A DNA stretch of 64,000 nucleotides from an uncultured Candidatus Rokubacteria bacterium (lineage in GTDB: Bacteria; Methylomirabilota; Methylomirabilia; Rokubacteriales; DASRDR01), in the NCBI GenBank assembly GCA_963708025.1, contig CAVPSB010000026.1, positions 13,971 through 77,970 of the forward strand, given 5' to 3'. The notes beneath the pieces are model-generated. The model worked only from the letters and a program-made list of their open reading frames with translations. It did not search any database and had not been told where the DNA came from. The position numbers and the translations under genes are program-made. This document shows, piece by piece, positions 59,825 to 64,000 of this stretch; the stretch's first letter is position 1; the number at the start of each line of letters is the position of its first letter.

Positions 59825-60255
59825 CGCGCGCCGGAAGGAGCGCGGCCGGCCGCCGGCACCGGCCGGGCCTTCCTCGTCCCCCCGTCGCTCGCCGTCGCCG
59901 CCCAGCTGGTCGCCCTGGTCAGTCGCACGCCCGCGCCAGCGTAGGGCCGAGCCCGAGAGACTGAAGGCATGCCACCCCCTCGTCGGCCGGGGCGGCGTGC
60001 CATTGGCGAGCCGTTTCGGGCCCCCGGCGTATCGTTTCGGTGACACTCCTGGGGGTCACGCTCGACGGCAATCCCTCGTCGCATGCGCCAGCGCGGCGCC
60101 ATCGCGCGGGCACGCCTCGTGCACTCCGATGGCGCGAGAGCCGCCGGACCGGATTGCCCGGCGGCGCCGGATGGGGTATCGTCGTTGCCAGCCGGCGGAG
60201 GGCGCAGGCATGGTCACCGTTCAGTGGCAGAGCCCTGTGTGGTGTGCGGCCGCCA

Positions 60256-60539
60256 TGGACGTCGCGCGTGTCCCGGCGCTCGCCGTCCGCGAGACAGGCC
60301 AGGCCGGTCCACCGAAGCCACGGCTCCTCGACCGCGTCCGCGACGCGATCCGCACCCGCCACTACAGCCGCCGCACCGAGAAGGCCTATGTCGCGTGGAT
60401 TCGCCGCTACATCTTCTTCCACGGCAAGCGCCACCCCGCCGACATGGGAGCGGCGGAGTTGACCGGCTTCCTGACCTCGCTGGCCGTGGACGGCCGGGTG
60501 GCGGCGTTGACCCAGAACCAGGCACTCAGCGGCGTCTGA
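60256..60539 (+). pseudogene. intI: Truncated integron integrase (N-terminal domain only)
   Basis: PRLLDRVRDAIRTRHYSRRTEKAYVAWIRRYIFFHGKRHP..VAALTQNQALS then stop. Confidence 0.88.
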
Positions 60540-60603
60540 GGACTTTGATGGTCTCCTTCACCGCTATGCATCCACTCACAGCGCGGTGTTTCGAATCGAT
60601 GGG

Positions 60604-60699
60604 GTCTAACCTGCGCTTCGAGCCGACGGCTGCAAGCGTGCCGCTTGCAGTACCCTCGTCGCTTCGCTCCTCGGCCGCGGCTCAAGCGCAACGTTGGGC
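60604..60699 (+). mobile_element. attC site 1
   Basis: GTCTAAC (R'') ... GTTGGGC (R') with imperfect dyad TGCGCTTCGAGCCG / CGGCTCAAGCGCA. Confidence 0.85.
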
Positions 60700-60744
60700 G
60701 GCAAGAATAGCCGCCCTGGGTAGTTTCGGACAGGAGGGTTCCAC

Positions 60745-62331
60745 ATGAACACGCGTATGCATATCGCAGCGCCGTTGATCGCCCTTTCGCTGGCCGCGGC
60801 CAGCGTCGCCTTCGCCCAACAGGGCGATAAGCTCGGCAAGGTCGCGTTTCCGAACTCGTGCAGCCCGGCGGTGCAGGAGAAGTTCCTGCGCGGCGTGGCG
60901 ATGCTGCACTCGTTCTACTATTCCGCGGCGCAGAAGGCCTTCGAGGAAGTGGCCGCCGAGGACAATTCCTGCGCGATCGCCGCCTGGGGCTACGCCTCGA
61001 TCCTCATGTCGAACCCACTCCAGGGCATCGGTGCCGCGCCCAAGGGTGCCCAGCAGGCGCAAGACGCAATCGATAAGGGCCGCAAGATGGGCGCCAAGAC
61101 CCAGCGCGAGCGCGACTACCTCGAGGCGGTCGCCGCCTATTACGAGGACTTCGCCAACCGCTCCGAGCGCGCGCGCCAGCTGTCGCGCGCGAAGGCCTAC
61201 GAGGCGCTCGCCGCCAAGTACCCCAACGACGACGAGGCGCAGATCTTCTACGCGCTGTACCTCGCCGGCACGCAGACCGCGTCCGACCAGACGTATTCCG
61301 CATACCTCAAGGCGGCTGCGATCCTCGAGAGGCAGTTCGCGAAGCACCCCGATCATCCGGGCGTCGCGCACTACCTGATCCACAGCTACGACGCGCCGCC
61401 GATCGCCGCGCAGGGCGTGCCCGCGGCGCGCCGCTACGCCGACATCGCCCCGGACGCGCCGCACGCGCTCCACATGCCCTCGCACATCTTCACCCGCGTC
61501 GGCGCGTGGGCCGACTCGGCGGCGACCAACCGCCGCTCGGCCGACGCCGCGCGGAAGAGCAACGACCCCGACGACGCGCTGCATGCGTTAGACTACATGA
61601 CCTACGCCTACCTGCAGCTCGGCCGCGACGGCGACGCGCGCAAGACCTGGGGCGAGGCACGCACGCTGACCGGCATCAACCCGGCGCGCGCGACCGCATA
61701 CTATGCGCTCGCGGCGATGCCCGCACGCTACATCGTCGAGCGTGGCGCCTGGAGCGAGGCGGCGGAGCTCGTCCCGAGCTCGAGCAAGTTTCCGTTCACC
61801 GAGGCGATGACGCATTTCGCGCGGGTGCTCGGCGCCGCGAGGAGCGGCGATCCCGCCTCGGCGCAGAAGGACGTCGAGCGGATCGCGGCGCTGCTCGACG
61901 AGCTGAAGGCGGCGAAGAACGAGTATTGGGCGAACGAGGTCGAGGTGATGCGCCTCGCGTCGCTCGCCTGGGTCGCGCTCGCGCAGGCGAAGAGCGACGA
62001 CGCTCTCGCACTCATGCGCCAGGCGGCCGACATCGAGGACAAGAGCGAGAAGAACATCGTCACGCCGGGGCGCCTGCTGCCCGCACGTGAGCTGCTCGGC
62101 GACATGCTAGTGGAACTGAAGCGTCCGGCGGAGGCGCTCAAAGAGTACGAGGCCTCGCAGCAGCGCGAGCCGAACCGCTATCGCGGCCTGTACGGCGCAG
62201 GGCAGGCGGCGGCGCAGTCGGGCAACCGCGACAAGGCGCGGCACTACTTCTCCAAGCTGATTGAATTGGCGGGCTCTGGCGACAACCGCCCCGAGATGGA
62301 GAAGGCGCGCCGATACCTCGCGACTAACTGA
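60745..62331 (+). CDS. Exported TPR-rich protein, integron gene cassette
   Basis: Signal peptide; LGKVAFPNSC, HPGVAHYLIH.YD, HALHMPSHIF; lies between two attC sites. Confidence 0.85.
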   Translation: MNTRMHIAAPLIALSLAAASVAFAQQGDKLGKVAFPNSCSPAVQEKFLRGVAMLHSFYYSAAQKAFEEVAAEDNSCAIAAWGYASILMSNPLQGIGAAPKGAQQAQDAIDKGRKMGAKTQRERDYLEAVAAYYEDFANRSERARQLSRAKAYEALAAKYPNDDEAQIFYALYLAGTQTASDQTYSAYLKAAAILERQFAKHPDHPGVAHYLIHSYDAPPIAAQGVPAARRYADIAPDAPHALHMPSHIFTRVGAWADSAATNRRSADAARKSNDPDDALHALDYMTYAYLQLGRDGDARKTWGEARTLTGINPARATAYYALAAMPARYIVERGAWSEAAELVPSSSKFPFTEAMTHFARVLGAARSGDPASAQKDVERIAALLDELKAAKNEYWANEVEVMRLASLAWVALAQAKSDDALALMRQAADIEDKSEKNIVTPGRLLPARELLGDMLVELKRPAEALKEYEASQQREPNRYRGLYGAGQAAAQSGNRDKARHYFSKLIELAGSGDNRPEMEKARRYLATN

Positions 62332-62400
62332 CCTCGCAAAGGCACCTGCTCTCGTTTTGTCGGTGGGTACTAGCGGCAGATAGTCCGTAAATGAAATGCC

Positions 62401-62465
62401 GCCCAACCGCGCCGTCGAGACCGACGTGCCGTAAGCGGCACGCGGCTCGCGGTGGGACGTTGCAG
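62401..62465 (+). mobile_element. attC site 2 (degenerate R')
   Basis: GCCCAAC ... GTT with CGTGCCG-TAAG-CGGCACG hairpin. Confidence 0.65.
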
Positions 62466-62535
62466 ACGGGGGATGTGCGCCATGGTTCTGACGACTCCCG
62501 AGGGACGGGCTATAGCAACGACCGTTACTTAGACT

Positions 62536-64000
62536 CATCGCCGCTAAGATAACTTGCCGATGAATCGCAAGGCCTTGGGTTTACTGAGCCATAGAACCCC
62601 CACCCGAGGGAGGTACTATGGCCAGACGCCCGCCGGCGGCTGCGGCAGCACGGGTCGATCTGATCCGCGTGATGGATCTGCTGCAGACGCACATCACGAG
62701 CGCGCTGTGTCAGACGGTCTTTCGGCGCGTGCGCACGACCGAGCGGCAGCGCGCGTGGACCCTGCAGGCGCTCGTCCAGTTCTGGACGGCCGTCATTCTC
62801 CGGGCCCCCGAGGCACTGAGCCAGGCCTTGGTCGACACCATCGACCAGCGGGAGCCCCTGTTCCCGCGCATCGTGGCGACGCCGGAGGCGTTCTTTCAGC
62901 GGTGCCGGGATCTGCGGTCGGCCTTCTTCGCGGAGGTCTTCCGCCAGTTCACCGCGCGGCTGGTGGTGGCCGTCCCCCCGCGCTACGCGGCGGGCGTGGC
63001 CCCGGTCCGCGCCCGGTTCACCGACATCCTGCTGCTCGACGGCTCGCGCCTGGCCGCCATCGCCCATCGGTTGAAGCTGCTCTGGCGCGAGCGCGCGGTG
63101 GTGCTGCCCGGCTGCCTGCTGGGCGTCTACGACTTGGGCCGGGGGCTGTGCCGGCAGCTGCACTTCTCGGCCGATGCGGCCGCCAGCGAGATGACCCGCG
63201 CCAAGGCGGTGCTGGGGACGATGGCCCGCGACACGCTGCTGCTGGGCGATCGACTCTACTGCACGGCCGACTTCTTCGAGGGGCTGCATACGCAGGGCTG
63301 CTGGGGGCTGTTTCGGCGCAACCGGCTCTTGCGTCTGCGCAAGCTGCAGCGGCTGAGCAAGCGCCGCCACGCGGGCGGGTGTCTGGAGGACTGGCTGGTC
63401 CGGGCCGGCACCGGAGCCTCGGCGCCGTCCCAGCTCGTGCGCTACATTCGCTGGCGCCAGGGCGGCACCCGCTACGAACTGCTGACCAATGTGCTCGCGC
63501 CCGCGCGGCTGGCGGCCGCCGAGGCCCTGGCCCTCTATCCCTATCGCTGGCGCATTGAGCGCATGTACTTCGATCTCAAGGAAGTCCTGAATCTCAACCG
63601 CATCTACGCGGCCAATCCCAACGCCGTGGCCATGCAGGTCTATGCGGCCGGGATCGTGTATAACGCCCTGCGCGTGGCCCAAGGGGAAGTCGCGGCCGCC
63701 GCGGGACTCGAGCCCGAAGAGATCTCGCCGGCGAAGTTCTTCCCCAAGATGGTCGCCGCCTGCCAGACCTACGTCGTCGCCCAACTCTGGGAGCGGCGGG
63801 TCCGGCGCCTGAATCCCCGGCGCCGCCTGCGGATGATTGACTGGCGCACCGAACGCTGGGCGAGCGTGGTGGTTTCGGCGCTGCACGTCGAGGCCCGCTC
63901 CGAATCCCGCCGCCGGCGCCGTTACTGCCCCGCGCGGCGCCACTGGAAGTCGCTCGCCCATGTCCGTGGTGGTCGACGACTCACGAAGTTATCTTAGCGG
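62536..64000 (+). mobile_element. IS4-family insertion sequence; right end runs off the window
   Basis: IRL CATCGCCGCTAAGATAACTT; 63986-64000 is a perfect reverse complement of 62541-62555. Confidence 0.9.
62618..63997 (+). CDS. IS4-family DDE transposase
   Basis: LLDGS, GDRLY, Y-x2-R-x3-E-x6-K (YPYRWRIERMYFDLK). Confidence 0.92.
   Translation: MARRPPAAAAARVDLIRVMDLLQTHITSALCQTVFRRVRTTERQRAWTLQALVQFWTAVILRAPEALSQALVDTIDQREPLFPRIVATPEAFFQRCRDLRSAFFAEVFRQFTARLVVAVPPRYAAGVAPVRARFTDILLLDGSRLAAIAHRLKLLWRERAVVLPGCLLGVYDLGRGLCRQLHFSADAAASEMTRAKAVLGTMARDTLLLGDRLYCTADFFEGLHTQGCWGLFRRNRLLRLRKLQRLSKRRHAGGCLEDWLVRAGTGASAPSQLVRYIRWRQGGTRYELLTNVLAPARLAAAEALALYPYRWRIERMYFDLKEVLNLNRIYAANPNAVAMQVYAAGIVYNALRVAQGEVAAAAGLEPEEISPAKFFPKMVAACQTYVVAQLWERRVRRLNPRRRLRMIDWRTERWASVVVSALHVEARSESRRRRRYCPARRHWKSLAHVRGGRRLTKLS

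Noticed and set aside
59945-60025. Riboswitch or ribozyme in a long hairpin (GGCATGCCACCCC/GGGGCGGCGTGCC)
   Set aside because: Pairing is visible but I cannot match any known family core; an Rfam search would be needed.

Overview
Very GC-rich bacterial DNA. The gene families present (ABC_sub_bind solute-binding proteins, a zinc-ribbon cyclase/AAA/TPR protein, archaeal-type asd, lpxC-DUF4390-ntrYX) suggest Ca. Rokubacteria/Methylomirabilota; this is an inference. In order, the window holds: the end of a glycosylation locus; a cyclase-STAND-TPR protein; aidB; a coupled desaturase-cfa pair; a formamidase; metE-like and asd genes; M23 peptidase and bactofilin; prmA-rsmE-archease; and lpxC-DUF4390-ntrY-ntrX behind a perfect sigma54 motif. 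ntrX runs straight into an apparent ureide (allantoin/oxalurate) catabolic operon: GGT/HpxW-like, allH, fdrA/allF, pucG, allG, carbamate kinase, racemase-like, M42 and a tandem amidohydrolase. Next come an accessory island with a secreted Zn-phospholipase C/P1-nuclease-like protein plus three paralogous exported partners, a hydrolase cluster, and a second catabolic cluster that hides a CxxU selenoprotein with a clear SECIS hairpin. The window ends with a decayed integron (truncated intI, two attC sites, one intact cassette) and an IS4 element. Two families of intergenic GC-rich hairpin repeats are scattered through it. All calls come from reading motifs by eye; no database searches were run.
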